A stretch of DNA of 59,982 bases, filler included. It is 3 parts of 3 records of this genome, joined end to end, with 100 filler letters (N's around TTAATTAATTAA, not from the genome) between each part and the next. Parts side by side here need not be neighbours in the genome. Positions count along the whole stretch, not along the records: positions 1 to 31,822 come from SRR20825019_135; 2 more parts are not named here. One strand, written 5' to 3'. A model generated the notes under the pieces. That model saw only the letters and a list, made by a program, of their open reading frames with translations. It was not told the DNA's origin and did not search any database. Position 1 is the stretch's first letter; the number at the start of each line of letters is the position of its first letter. Made by a program: the position numbers and the translations under genes. Positions 1-20,398 of this stretch are shown one piece after another.

Positions 1-12
1 ACACCGCAATAA

Positions 13-293
13 TCCGTCGTTCGAAGCTGTGTAAACAGCTGGCTTCATTCTACAACCAAACCAGAACAATCGACATCTGCTTTACTGCATCATTTGAAGC
101 CCATCCATTTCATTCTATAACCCAACCCGCAGATCAACACTAGCCATAGTGCATCGTTTGAAGCTAGCGCATTCTCCAACTCAACCAGAAAATGTGTTAA
201 CTGTATCATTCCAAGACGGTTTCATTCTACAAGCAAACCAGGTCAGCCACCACCACCAACAATGCATGATTCAGTTGGTTTCATTGTACAACC
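13..293. repeat. Degenerate tandem array of about 5 units (period ~52-65 nt), each with two conserved blocks separated by variable spacers
   Basis: Block TTCATTCTACAACCAAACCAG-like at 44, 109, 168, 221, 280; block TGCATCRTTTGAAGC-like at 13, 86, 150, 202, 263; no long ORF; runs to the contig edge. Confidence 0.6.
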
Positions 294-824
294 GGGCCCG
301 GCTATAGCGGAAGGGGTCGGTTAAACACGGTCTGGCTGTCAGTGTGCGTTGTGTGCGAGATCACAATATGAGACCTGTGAACAGACCCGGCTCACTGATG
401 CCCTGATCGATGCTTCTAATTATAGTATACTGCACCTTTGGTTCCGTTACGCATCATGATTGCACGACGACTGAAGCTGGCGGACCGGGATCGGCCGAAG
501 TGTTATCAGAACCGGCTGACCCGGCCCGGACGACGCGGTTTTCAGTACGGCCTTCGTGGTTGCTGGCCGGCGGTGGCCATTCGCCCCGCAGTGAACCGTG
601 CGGTTACCTTGAGGCGACTCACTCAACGTGAGCAGCTGTTCAGTCGCCCAACGCCAGACTGCCGGTCGCAGCTAGCCAGTCCGTCAAGACTGGCACTGCT
701 TATGCCGTCGTGCCCCTCGTGCGCTGCATCACCAGGGAAGGTGGTCAATGGTGCTACTCGCACTGGCTCATATAAAAGGCGTTGAATCAAACTCTACCTG
801 AGACGCCAAAAAGGCCTTGGTGAT

Positions 825-3545
825 ATGAGATCGTGTTTGGGTTCTCATAAGTACGTGTGGCCTTGCAGTAAGTTTAACATATGGATTCTTGCCTCTTTTT
901 CTGAGGACTCCTAATAGCTCTAGGCCTGCTGCTGGTTTTGCTCTTTGGTGTCGCGTTGTCCGAAAACCCGAAGAAGTTTCAAATCCTAACTTTCAATGAT
1001 ATATACAACGTTCAGCCCGAGAATGAGCAAGGAATGGGGATTTTCAATGGAAAGGACCATAGATTTGTAAAGCCGGCGAGACTTGGTGGGGTGTACAACT
1101 TGGCAGACTACTTAGAACAACTCCGGAGTGCGGCCACCCGTGAAGAAGGGTATTCTTTCTTTTGTTTTCACAAAGGCGAATAGTCTAATCAGCCACTCAG
1201 ATATGTAGGAACAATGACAACTTTGAACGGTGACTTTCTCGGCCCAAGCGTTATCAGCTCTGTCTTCACATACGGCAAGCACATGGTGGACATATTCAAT
1301 GCTATGGGTGTAGACCTGGTATATGTTTGGGTCTGTTCGTCATCCCCGACTAAGTATGATTCAGGCTGTTTTCGGAAACCACGAGTTTGATACCGGTGCT
1401 GCCTTGGCATTGAAGATGATGCAACAAAGCAACTTCTTGTGGCTCGCAGCAAACGCCCGAGACGCAACTGATGCCACAGAGGACTTCAATGGTGATCATG
1501 ACAGTCTACCACTGCTTGGTTCAGATATTCCATATGTTGGCTATATTCAAGGTCTGCCCATGCACGACTTCCCCTTTCAGTAAGGTTTTTCCTCCCATGG
1601 TTTTGAATTTGCTGATGTATGATGCCCAGCGACGTGGCGAAACACGCGAGGGAGTTGCCTCGAAACGAAAAACTCTATTCAGAAGATGATAGGTACTATT
1701 TTAAGAATCAAATTTCTTGGTTAATAGTGGTCTTCTCTAACTAGAGTTTCTAGCGGATACAATAGAGAAATATGGGAGGCCATGTACGATGATGTACGAG
1801 TCTGTGCTTTTGGAGTGGTCACAAAGAGTGCCACAGAAGCCCCGAATAATAATAAGACTGCTGCCGTACGTTTCATTCACCATTTGTACTAACTCTTCTC
1901 ACTACTGCAATCCTGTAGGATCCCTTGAATCCACCTGGCAACCAATATGTGAAAGCAAGCATCAATAACAACCTCGAGAAGAACAGGATATCGACTGATA
2001 CCCATGTCTGGAGAGGAAACTCGAAGCAAGGTATTTGTGGATAATGACTTTGCCTTGGTTTTGTCTCAAAAGAGGACCTCTTTAGTCTACTTCCAAGAAC
2101 CGGTCCATATCGCAAAGCGACTAATTCGCAAACTTCGGAATCGCACCGATAGAAAATGCAACATAGTTGGTGGGGCTAAATGAGTGTATATACATGTATT
2201 CGGTCGTTGATACTTGGCAGTTGCATTGACACACTTGGACCTTGATCAAGATGAGGAAATCGCGCGGTATACTTGCGATGACTGCGTTGTAAAACGAGGA
2301 GGTGAGATATTGATGATGCGCTTGCGAAGCACCTTTACTTAATGGGACATGCAGCTGATATTATTTTGGGTGGACATGAGCATATGCCGATTGTTTCGGA
2401 GCCTCGGCGTGAAGTGCCTAGGAAAGCTCTTATATGGAAGTCTGGCTGCGATGGACACTTTGTGGGTCGTATTGATGTCACCCTTGGAGATGAAGGTTTG
2501 GTCGAGTATGTCATGATGTCTCCTTGTGGCTGTATATTTCATGTTGACCCTTAAAGCAGAAATTTGGAATACTCCATGATACCTGTTCGTGAACAGCCGC
2601 ACCGATGGTTCCAGCGTACCCTATCTAAACAGGGAATATCTCATTATCAGCCTTGGGCGGAGACCCCCAGATTTGTCAAGCAGATTTCAGAGGCTTATCT
2701 GGATTTAACATCTCCCTTTACAAAGATCAAGTTGGGAAAATGGGCAGGAACATATGACACTGCCACCATTAGGCAACAAGAAACAGCCGTGTCGCATTTC
2801 CTAGGTATGAGCCAATGAGGGCAAGTTTACGCGGCCTGACTTTTTGTTAGCGAATGCAATAATATCAATGGCGAAGACAGATGTTGCTATGCTCCAATCA
2901 GGGACCATACGCGATGCCAGGTTTTTGGAGGATGGCATTGATGATTTTACCTATATGGACATTATGGTCAGTGAAATCACCGGAGGATTGGAATATTTTT
3001 GATTCATGAAGTTTGCAGGCAGAGATGCCCTTCATGGACAAGATAACAATATTGACTATAAGCGAGCATAGTTTGTATCATGCAATCAAAGCGCTGGTCA
3101 TGCGTCGCAATACTGGGATGTTCCCTTCGATAGTGGGGCTGCGAGTGACGTTCCGTCAGGATGGCACCCTGGAAGATGTTGTTTATGAGTCTGGAAAAAA
3201 GCTGGATCCGAACAATCACGACAAGTGCGTGCAAGGATGCTTCGCTTTACTGATCTAGGCTAACTTTAGTGTCTCCATTGCAGAATGCTAAGAATGTCTT
3301 GTCCTCAGTATCTATCTCATGAGTTGGAAGACAGTGTGTCCGAATTTCGAGTCCATGAAAGAGAATACTTGGTCCACAACAGCTGCGAAACGCGTTCTCC
3401 ACCACTAGAGCATATCTGCACCCACCCTGAGGTTGCGAAGCATTACTGGCTCAATGAGATTCGAGGAACATACGATGCCAGCAAGTGGGTTTCAGAAAAT
3501 ATCATCTGCACTGATTGCCCAATTGTGGACCCTCCCGATGACTAA
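825..3545 (+). CDS. Secreted 5'-nucleotidase/apyrase-family metallophosphoesterase (multi-exon, >10 introns)
   Basis: Spliced N-terminus MRSCLGSHKYVWPCSLLLVLLFGVALS (signal peptide). Motifs TFNDIYN, GDFLGPS, FGNHEFD, VALTH, IILGGHEH, KSGCDG..GRID and a C-terminal QSGTIR..EMPF..FPSIVGLRVTF domain. GT-AG introns of ~50-60 nt restore frame. Confidence 0.8.
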
Positions 3546-3555
3546 AGTCATGGTT

Positions 3556-5277
3556 TCAATCGAGAATGTAGGATGTTGTGCGACTTGGCATAAGAGAGTT
3601 ATCTATTCTTGATTCTTGTCTGCTTACTGGTCTAGAGTTCGCCCGGCTGGGCGAAATACTTGGGGCTATCATATTGAGCCTTTGCGATAATTCTGATTCT
3701 TGGAAGAAAAAATCGGATCCACTTGTCATCATGGATTTTCTCGTCGGCTTTTTCGCTGGCTCTTCCTCTTCCTCCCTCTGCAACCTTTTCTCAAATGGAA
3801 CTTCAAAGAATTGGAAACAGAACCTGCACACCCTTGTTTTGTCATAGCATAATGGGGCTTTCGATCTAGGATTGCAATCGTCTTCAAGACCCCACAGTCT
3901 CCTGAGCTCAAATATTGACTTATGCGTGATCTCACCTGGTAGATTACTTATTGTAAACTTCACACAGCAAAGTGCACATTCCTTTTCCATGTCTTCTCCA
4001 AATGGCCGTGGTGGTATTTCTCCGAGCTTGGACAGTTGCATGGTGATCTCTTTGCGAATAGGGGTCATCTCCTCTTCTTCTTCATGTTTCTTCTTCATAT
4101 TCTGGCTACTCCGGCGCGCCAATTTCGCCCGTCTCTTATAGTCATCCATGTCCGTCCTCACCACCTGCAAATCTGTTCCTATAACACGGAACTTCTGATC
4201 CAACATGAATAAGTCACTTGGTAAGTTTTGCTTCCTAAACTGAAACTCAAAGTTGTCCGATCTCCAATCCTGTAGCGCTCGGAGTCTCATCAGGTTGTTA
4301 CTACTATTTTGTTTCTTCTCTTCCAACCTCTCCCGCATCTTTTCAATCTCTTCGCTGACCTTTTCTTCTTGTCTCCTCAACTCGTCAAGCCGACTTTCAT
4401 CAGGTTCAGAAACAGTCTCTTCACTATGTATGGAAGCTTCATCATCAATCTCATACACAAGCTGATCGTCTGCAAAGGAGTTGGGCTCTGAGGGCCCTTT
4501 GCTAGGTGCGTTAGACAACAGCTTAAGTTCATACAACTTATTTGTTTCTTCTCTCATTCTCCTTCGCTTGTGCTCTTGCCGAGCTTGCTTTGCACGATGT
4601 CGGCGTAACGTTCTTGGAGACATGCTTTCTTCATCTTCTTCAGTTGGGGGCGGTGGCAAACCTGCATCCTTGATAGTTATTGTAACATGATCTGCGAAAA
4701 CAGCGTCTAGTTCGGCCATCAGCATCCCGGGCTTGCTCTTCTTTGACTTGGCTAAGGTTTCGTCACCGCTTGCTTTGATTTTCTCGTTTACAGCCTCATG
4801 ATCTGACTGAAAGAGACGTCTTTTCTCTTCTTGCTTTTTTTCATGCGTCGCCCTCTTCAAGGCTTGATCTAGCAAGGCATTGCGTACTCGGTCACTAGCA
4901 TTGACCCAAAAGTCCAAGAGAATTTCGATTAAACTTTCAAACGCACGAGTTCTTCCCACGTTGTCTCGATATTCATTCTCAGAGAGTATCTTTTCCTGCA
5001 TAAGGGACCACTCCGAGTACGACAGTGAATCCTTCTTTAGCTCTTCACTCATGTACCTCAAGGTTTGCGTAAACTCGACTTGTGTGGCATAGTTTTGAAC
5101 ATAGTCCGGCAAGCGTAGCCGCGTGCTTGCACCGGACCAGTTCTTTACTGTTGCCAGTGAATCTGGCATTTCTTTACTGAACATCTTGAGGGTTTCGGGG
5201 AAGTCATGAGCTCTGAGAAAGTCTTTCACCAGGTGCCCTGCAAACCCTGTCAGCTCGTAGTCGGGCTGAGAAGGCAT
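3556..5277 (-). CDS. Intronless 573-aa protein: N-terminal LisH-like motif, long coiled coils, C-terminal Cys-rich (putative Zn-binding) domain
   Basis: HLVKDFLRAHDFPETLKMFSKE resembles LisH; charged heptad-rich middle; CALCC...VCRFCFQFF near the C-terminus. Confidence 0.7.
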   Translation of the reverse strand: MPSQPDYELTGFAGHLVKDFLRAHDFPETLKMFSKEMPDSLATVKNWSGASTRLRLPDYVQNYATQVEFTQTLRYMSEELKKDSLSYSEWSLMQEKILSENEYRDNVGRTRAFESLIEILLDFWVNASDRVRNALLDQALKRATHEKKQEEKRRLFQSDHEAVNEKIKASGDETLAKSKKSKPGMLMAELDAVFADHVTITIKDAGLPPPPTEEDEESMSPRTLRRHRAKQARQEHKRRRMREETNKLYELKLLSNAPSKGPSEPNSFADDQLVYEIDDEASIHSEETVSEPDESRLDELRRQEEKVSEEIEKMRERLEEKKQNSSNNLMRLRALQDWRSDNFEFQFRKQNLPSDLFMLDQKFRVIGTDLQVVRTDMDDYKRRAKLARRSSQNMKKKHEEEEEMTPIRKEITMQLSKLGEIPPRPFGEDMEKECALCCVKFTISNLPGEITHKSIFELRRLWGLEDDCNPRSKAPLCYDKTRVCRFCFQFFEVPFEKRLQREEEEEPAKKPTRKSMMTSGSDFFFQESELSQRLNMIAPSISPSRANSRPVSRQESRIDNSLMPSRTTSYILD

Positions 5278-6045
5278 GACTGAATATGTTAAAGTTGACT
5301 ACTGGAAGTGTCTTACTTTTCTACAACCTTTCCAAGTCAGACAGTATACCAGTGAACTCAGATGACATATTGCGCCGGGCAGTCCACGACAGTCCTTGGT
5401 CCCCTCGGCCGCTGATTTTCGCACTGCGCCACAGCAGTGGGGTGTGCAAGCGGAGCAGTTAGTTGCGAGCAGGTCACCCGCCGGTTTCGCTGAATGACGG
5501 CCCGTCCGACGCAGGCTCCCGGTGAGTCCGCAGTCGGTCACGGGGCAGGGGGACGGTCCGGTGGGCCAAACTTTGGGCGGCCTCAGAGCCGCTGATCGCC
5601 AAGGTCATTGTGGTGGGGTCAACAACAACATCGAGATGCAATCTCATCACTGGCCATGATGATTACATTTGTATTCTCACAAAAGCTTTGACAATAAAAG
5701 CGGTTGAATCTTTAAATGCTCGTTATTTTGAGAGTTCCACTAATTTTTGGATGAGTATCTTGCGTAATCAAGACTTTGGCGCTTTTGAGAGAGAAGACTC
5801 ATCGGGTTGGTCGGGTGCTGACGGACCCAATGATGTGACCAATTCACCCTTCCCCACATAATACGCACATCCCCGGGGCCCCGGTCCCTTCCATCCTAGC
5901 GCCTGGTAATGTTCGCGCCGAGCCCTGTGCAACAGCCCTAGCATGATTTCTCGCCTGCTGTCACCTCCACACATCAACCTATAAGTATGAGACAATATAC
6001 CAAGTGCAAAAGCAGTGTACCAGTGCGATGGAGGTCTAAGTCGAT

Positions 6046-8775
6046 ATGGTTAGACGAGATCGCGGGGCAGTGAGTTGTTGGATACTGTGCTTTACAGCAC
6101 TAGTCTTATCAACACACCTATGCTATGCTGAGACTGAGTTGGTCATTCACGTGGTAGGGTGCTGCTATATCATTCCCATGTGCTAGAGACATTAACAGTT
6201 TTTGTTGCAGAAGAAAGACAACCACCGTGTGTCCCCCCGCCACACAGAAGATTATGGCAAACAGGCTGCGCTGGAAGATTTAGGGTCCGGTGACTTTGAC
6301 GATAGTGAGAGCACTGAAAACGACGGGCTTCCCGACGTAGGGGTTCTTGAGGCAGAGATGGAGACACAGCAAATGCATAGTAAGGGGGCCCATGGTTTGA
6401 TAACACAAAAGAAGGAGAAGAACCACCGTCGGAGCACTCGCACTAGCCACCACAAGAAGGAGGACGAGTTTGGAGAGTTGGCTTCGGGAACTGGTGATGA
6501 TTTGACTGGGTTAAAGAGTAAGTTGGCGGACCTGGATTTGCGGGAGGTGAACAGGCACCATGGTCATGTGCATAAGTCAGGGGATTCTCGGAAAGCTAAG
6601 AGTCAACGCAATTTCAGTGACGATTTAGGTTTTGGTGATGAGACAGATATTGATGAAGGAGACGACCCCACGGAGTCTAGTGCCGACAACAAAGGCGCTG
6701 AAGACTCTGACGATTTTCTTCCTCCGTCCTTGAGAGGTAACATTGCCTCAATGACAGAAATACCAACTGCTCACAAGAAGGGTGGAGCTCGTAAGCACAG
6801 TGACATGGATACGGATGATAGCGATAGCGACAACGATTTTTCGCTGCCGTCTGCTGGCGATTTGGACCTGGATGAGGATGACGAGTCTGATAGCAATAGC
6901 GCAAAGGCCGATCGAAGTGATGGTATTGACTCAGAAACGAACTCTGCCAGTGTGTCAAATGAGCAGGTGCTCGAGGAGCTGGGTGACGGGAATGGGTCTA
7001 GTGGAATGGGAAAGGAGGCCTCTCGCTCTGGTTCATCAGCTGAGGATGATGCCTTTGATGTGGACTCATTCATTCCGTCCCTGGCGGAGCACGACTTAGA
7101 CGATTCCCTCGTGGATCCCTCGAAGCCGGTGAGGAAGAAGGAGAAGTCCCGAGTTGATTCGTTGCAGGACTTCGTGGATGTCTCGTTGAACGAACTGCGG
7201 CCTGACGGGTTGCCTCCTGTCCAGCACAAGCCGGCACCGAAGCCCACTGCAGGTCTTCCCTTCATGAGCATGGAGGAGACCCCTACCAACGGCGAGGCCA
7301 TGGCGATGCCCCATCTTGGAGGAAAAGGTGCAATGCCCATGACTGATGCACAGTTTGCCACGGAGTTGGACGAGCTTGCCAGCGGGTCCAGTGGCCACGA
7401 GCACACACTTAGTCTGGAGGACGCCGAGGGAGTTCTTGCCGACGAAACACCAAAAGTGAAGAGCTCGCTTGCGCCGCACGATGATGGTGCAACAGGTCAC
7501 GCTGCTGCGCAAGAGCCATTTGAACTTCCGGATGATTCCATGGTGTATTCGAATATGCTGAAGAATCCACTTGACGGGTCGACTTTGGAGATGGAAGAGC
7601 GGGCGCCCACCGCAAACGGAGGACGCTCATTGGCAAAACCGAATAACGATATGACCCCGGATGCGAAGGCTGACAAGCTCTTGAATGCCGCTATGAATAT
7701 CTTGCAGTCTTCCCCGGTGACTAGCGCTGCGCCACTACGTTCCAGCCCTCTCGCCGCTGCCGCCAGTGCTATTGCTCAGGAGCAGCAGTTGGCTGCGCTT
7801 CCAATTGTGCAGCAGAACCCCAATATGTCTCTGAATGAACTCTTTGCTAAGGTTATGACCAAACAGATGCAGGGGCCACCAGGTGAGTCGCCTGCAGCAG
7901 TCACTCAATCGGCACCTCCGGCCAAGCTGGCATTCCAGCCCAACCTGCAGGCTATTCCCAGTAAGCCTACCCCGGCTTTCTCGGAAAGCATGCCAGCAGT
8001 GATGCTCCATGGGGAAGTTATGCCTACTACCGCCGCGGATAATAGCCAGTTGCAGGCGGCGGCTGCCATTGCTGAGCGGACCAAGCTGACTACCCCGTAT
8101 GATGCCCCCCCGGCATTGGAGGGTACGGGTGTTGCGGGGAATCGGGAGCCAATGAAGGCGCTCAAGCCGTTTCCTAGTCACAAAACACAACATCGCGTCC
8201 ATGAGAACAGAGATGATGTTGACGACGACGTTCATGGTGAGGGCAAGCGCAGCGGCGACCGTGCTACCGATCACCATGATCGAGAGGAGGTCAGCCTTAA
8301 TGAAAGGCGTCCTGGGAGACACAGTGGCCGCAGGGTTAGGCACCACGAGCAGAGGAAGTTAAGGCATCACACGAGAAATCGCCAGCGCATGTATTCAAGG
8401 GCAAGGCATTCGCACCACCGTCGGAAGAACAAGCACGAAAACGACACGGGCGAGCGTAGGGAACGAGATGACAATGATACTGACGACGATGACGACGACG
8501 ACGATGAGCGTGCTGGAGCCAGCTATGGCCACGGGAGGCAGTTGAAGCATCGACATGTCAAGCCGCACCACAGAAACTCGAAGCGTGCAAAGTCACAGAA
8601 GAACGAACATGTGGTGAGCCGCAAGGGTAGCGTGTCGGACATGATTGAGCAATTGAAGAAGAGCATGGGCTCAGACGATGACGGCGATGAAACAAACGGC
8701 AGTGATGATGATGCTGACGCTGCCGAGGACGCCGCGCTCGTCAAGTTTAAAGATCTCGGTGTCTCTCTTGAATAA
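6046..8775 (+). CDS. Secreted, largely disordered ~890-aa protein with Asp/Glu-rich and His/Arg-rich blocks (2 exons)
   Basis: Exon 1 6046-6153 encodes MVRRDRGAVSCWILCFTALVLSTHLCYA (signal-peptide-like); the GT-AG intron 6154-6210 joins it in frame to the 6211-8775 ORF. Confidence 0.75.
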
Positions 8776-8822
8776 ATAGTTTCAAATCGCACGCGATTGT
8801 GGAAACTCCTATTTATTGGCAT

Positions 8823-17765
<8,943 letters not shown>

Positions 17766-17949
17766 TTTGCCAGTTCCCAGTCAGGGACCAGTGTGTTCCG
17801 TTGGTGCGGACAAAGTGTTTAAGTCAACATATTGCAATCCTTTAATACCGCCTTTGCGTAGACTGAGAGGTTTCACTTTTCCTCCGTTGAGTCGTCCGTC
17901 TCCTCCGTTGAGTCGTCGGTTAGGACCGCTATGCCAACACGCTGCACTA

Positions 17950-18220
17950 AACCAGGCACGGCAGCGGCACGCCGCCGGCGCGGGCGGGCCGCCCCAGCCC
18001 GTCATCCAGTGTGCGGCGGCGGTCGGAGGCGGCTCCCTGGGCCCGGGAGGCCGCTCGCAAGCCCAGCTTGCCTGAATGGGCCTTACCACGCTGGGCTTGA
18101 GGCGGAGGACTACCTAAGAACACGGGCGGCGAGAGTTGCGGGGGCTCGGGGCCGGGTGTCCAGGAGCGTGCGGGGAGCGGCGGGGTGGCTCCCACGGTGG
18201 CCGGCCCGACGGTCGGCTGA
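17950..18220. promoter_or_regulatory. Very GC-rich (CpG-island-like) upstream region of the BEACH gene
   Basis: Abrupt GC-rich composition with CCGG/GGCC repeats directly upstream of the start codon; ORFs here are low-complexity R/P/G/A. Confidence 0.5.
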
Positions 18221-18680
18221 GTAGCTTATTAAAAGAAACTATTGGAAAATGCCTATTCCACAAAAGACAAATACATAACAGCATGGACAGGGTTGAAGGA
18301 AGGGTTTCGAATCAATAAGATTGAGACCATCCATTGCCACGTCACACTGAAGAGTGGGGTTGTGCCACGCGGAGGTGATGAGTCACGAATGATATGTTCC
18401 GCTGTCAACAAAGACGACTAAGGTACGCAGAACCATCATACCAGGGGATAAGTTGATTGTTAAGCCAGTATTTCCTTTAAGTGTACGTTAAGTAACTTAT
18501 GTCAGTACAACAAAAAAAACGGATGCAAAACTTTATCACAGGGAGTCTCACGAGCGCAGTGGAGCTGTCGACTTCGATTCATGACTCGTACATAAGCGGC
18601 CAGTCGCGCACACATCACCCTTTCAAATGAAGCCAGGGTTTGCTCAGAATATAAGAAGCATTTGTGTCGATCGAGACGCA

Positions 18681-19621
18681 CTAAGAAAACTCGGGTGGTC
18701 TCTCATGCATGATGTTTTGCAAGCGCTCCTTGAATGTACCAAGATCCTTCACCCCCTTCGCCTTCAGCAGATTATTCACTTTGGTTCTCAACCACTCCAA
18801 TTGTCCATTGACTTGACGGAGCTCATTTTTCTCACTTTCTTCCTTCTTGATAAAGTGCCGGACGTTCTTTTCGAGAGTTTGCACATAAAGCTGCTTTCTT
18901 TGACGGGAAAGTTGAGCCGACAACCTATTCTTGTGTAACCGACGCAGCTTCTTTGCTTCTTCGGTCTCGCCATTGAATTCCTCTTCCTCTTCTTCATGAT
19001 CCCCCTCGTCCTCAAGTGTAGGAACAGGAATAGGAAGGAGGCTCCTTAACTCACTTGCTTCTTCATCGTCGCTGCAACTCTGAGATTTCTGCTTGCTCGC
19101 AGACACCGACTTTGAAACTTTGGTGGGGGGCTTCTTGAGGCCGGTAGATGATGGTTTCTTTTTCTCTTTTTCTTCAGGAACCTCATTCTTGGAACCAGAG
19201 TTCGCGTTATTATTGAGTTTTGCCTTCTTAGCCTCAGCCCCACTAGCAGAAACAAGGGCAAACAACCCCTTCACAGCATCATCGTCGTCCAGCTTGGTGG
19301 ACGATATCTTCCTCTTCTTGCGTACAGCAGTTGTGTCTAAACGAGAGTCTTAGCATCAATAGTAAAAAAATACAACACAAACTCGCACACACCCGACTGA
19401 GCACGATGAACTTTCTGTGGAGGCACGGATCCCTGGAACCACTCGTCAGGCTTTTTCCCAAAACCCGAGGCAGTGCTCTGCTCAAGGAAGCTGTATTGTG
19501 GTGCCATCATAACCGGTGGGCGATAGACAAAACGTTGAAGAGGGTGCTCCATTGCTGGAACTTGAGCACAAATCAGTCCTCCCGGACCCATCTGTTGGTA
19601 GTGAGTCCTCTCGTCCATCAT
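18681..19621 (-). CDS. bZIP transcription factor (2 exons)
   Basis: Basic region KKLRRLHKNRLSAQLSRQRKQLYVQTLE followed by a leucine zipper; an intron at ~19337-19392 joins the MMDERTHY.. exon to the DTTAVRKRK.. exon. Confidence 0.85.
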
Positions 19622-20116
19622 AGGAAACGACAATGGTAGTCAGTGGTCAACTAGGTCTTTAAATAACTGGCCTCTCAGCTCCGAGGCTAGAGAAGAGCTT
19701 CGGCCTTGTGCTTTTGCGCGAAGAAAAGCTTGGCTCAACTGAACCAATCTGCCAAACCCGCAATGACGTTAAAGGAGGTACTGGTATTGGACCTCCGGCA
19801 GCACTGGCCCGTGATGCATACTGGCGGTGTTCTGAGATTCCACCCCGCCGCCAGTCGTCACCCGGCCGGATCGCGGCGGCCGGAGCGCGCGATCACCCCG
19901 GCCCGCCATTGTCCAGGAGGCTATCGTGATTGCCGACGTCAGGTGGTGAATCCGAAGCGACAGGCCCAGCCCACTGTCAGCAGCCTGTAGCGTCCTGAAG
20001 CACACATGGTTCTGCACACCCCCGAAACGTGCGAGTGTGACGAAATCAGACAGATTGCGGACGTCCCTCAGGTCCTACCATAAGGTGCCACGCTACGGCC
20101 GACGACCCCCACGAAG

Positions 20117-20248
20117 TCGGCCTCTGGCCTACTGAGAGTGAGAGGTTATTCTGTCTCATACCTTTCGCCGATGAAGAGCCTTAGGCCCAAACATTATATC
20201 GAGATAATCGTTATATACTGGATTATCAGCTTTTCGTTTCGAGGCCGA
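20117..20248. ncRNA. Candidate ~130-nt structured RNA element (multi-branched)
   Basis: TCGGCCTC(20117-24)/GAGGCCGA(20241-48) closes GGCCTA(20126-31)/TAGGCC(20182-87) and GATAATC(20203-09)/GATTATC(20221-27); inner TGAGA/TCTCA stem. Confidence 0.4.
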
Positions 20249-20398
20249 TCACGTTTAGTTGTGACCCGGCCAGTCCGGGTTGCCCCTCATCAGTCATCAC
20301 TGGCAGCCTGATGAAACTCCGCCAATGGCACCGTGACGGCGGGGCGCCCGCCAGGTAAGCGCCCGCCCCACCCCGGCTGCGGCAAGAGACCTCCCGCG

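Noticed and set aside
13-293. CRISPR array
   Set aside because: Repeats are degenerate and bipartite with irregular spacing, lie on a eukaryotic contig, and no cas genes are present
17880-17917. 17-nt direct repeat TCCTCCGTTGAGTCGTC (period 21)
   Set aside because: Only two copies in a 5' region; most likely a local duplication with no evidence of function
20130-20175. TPP riboswitch or hammerhead ribozyme
   Set aside because: CTGAGA and ATACC occur, but the ACCTGAT..TAAT..GCGNAGG half is missing; no correctly ordered CTGANGA/GAAA core
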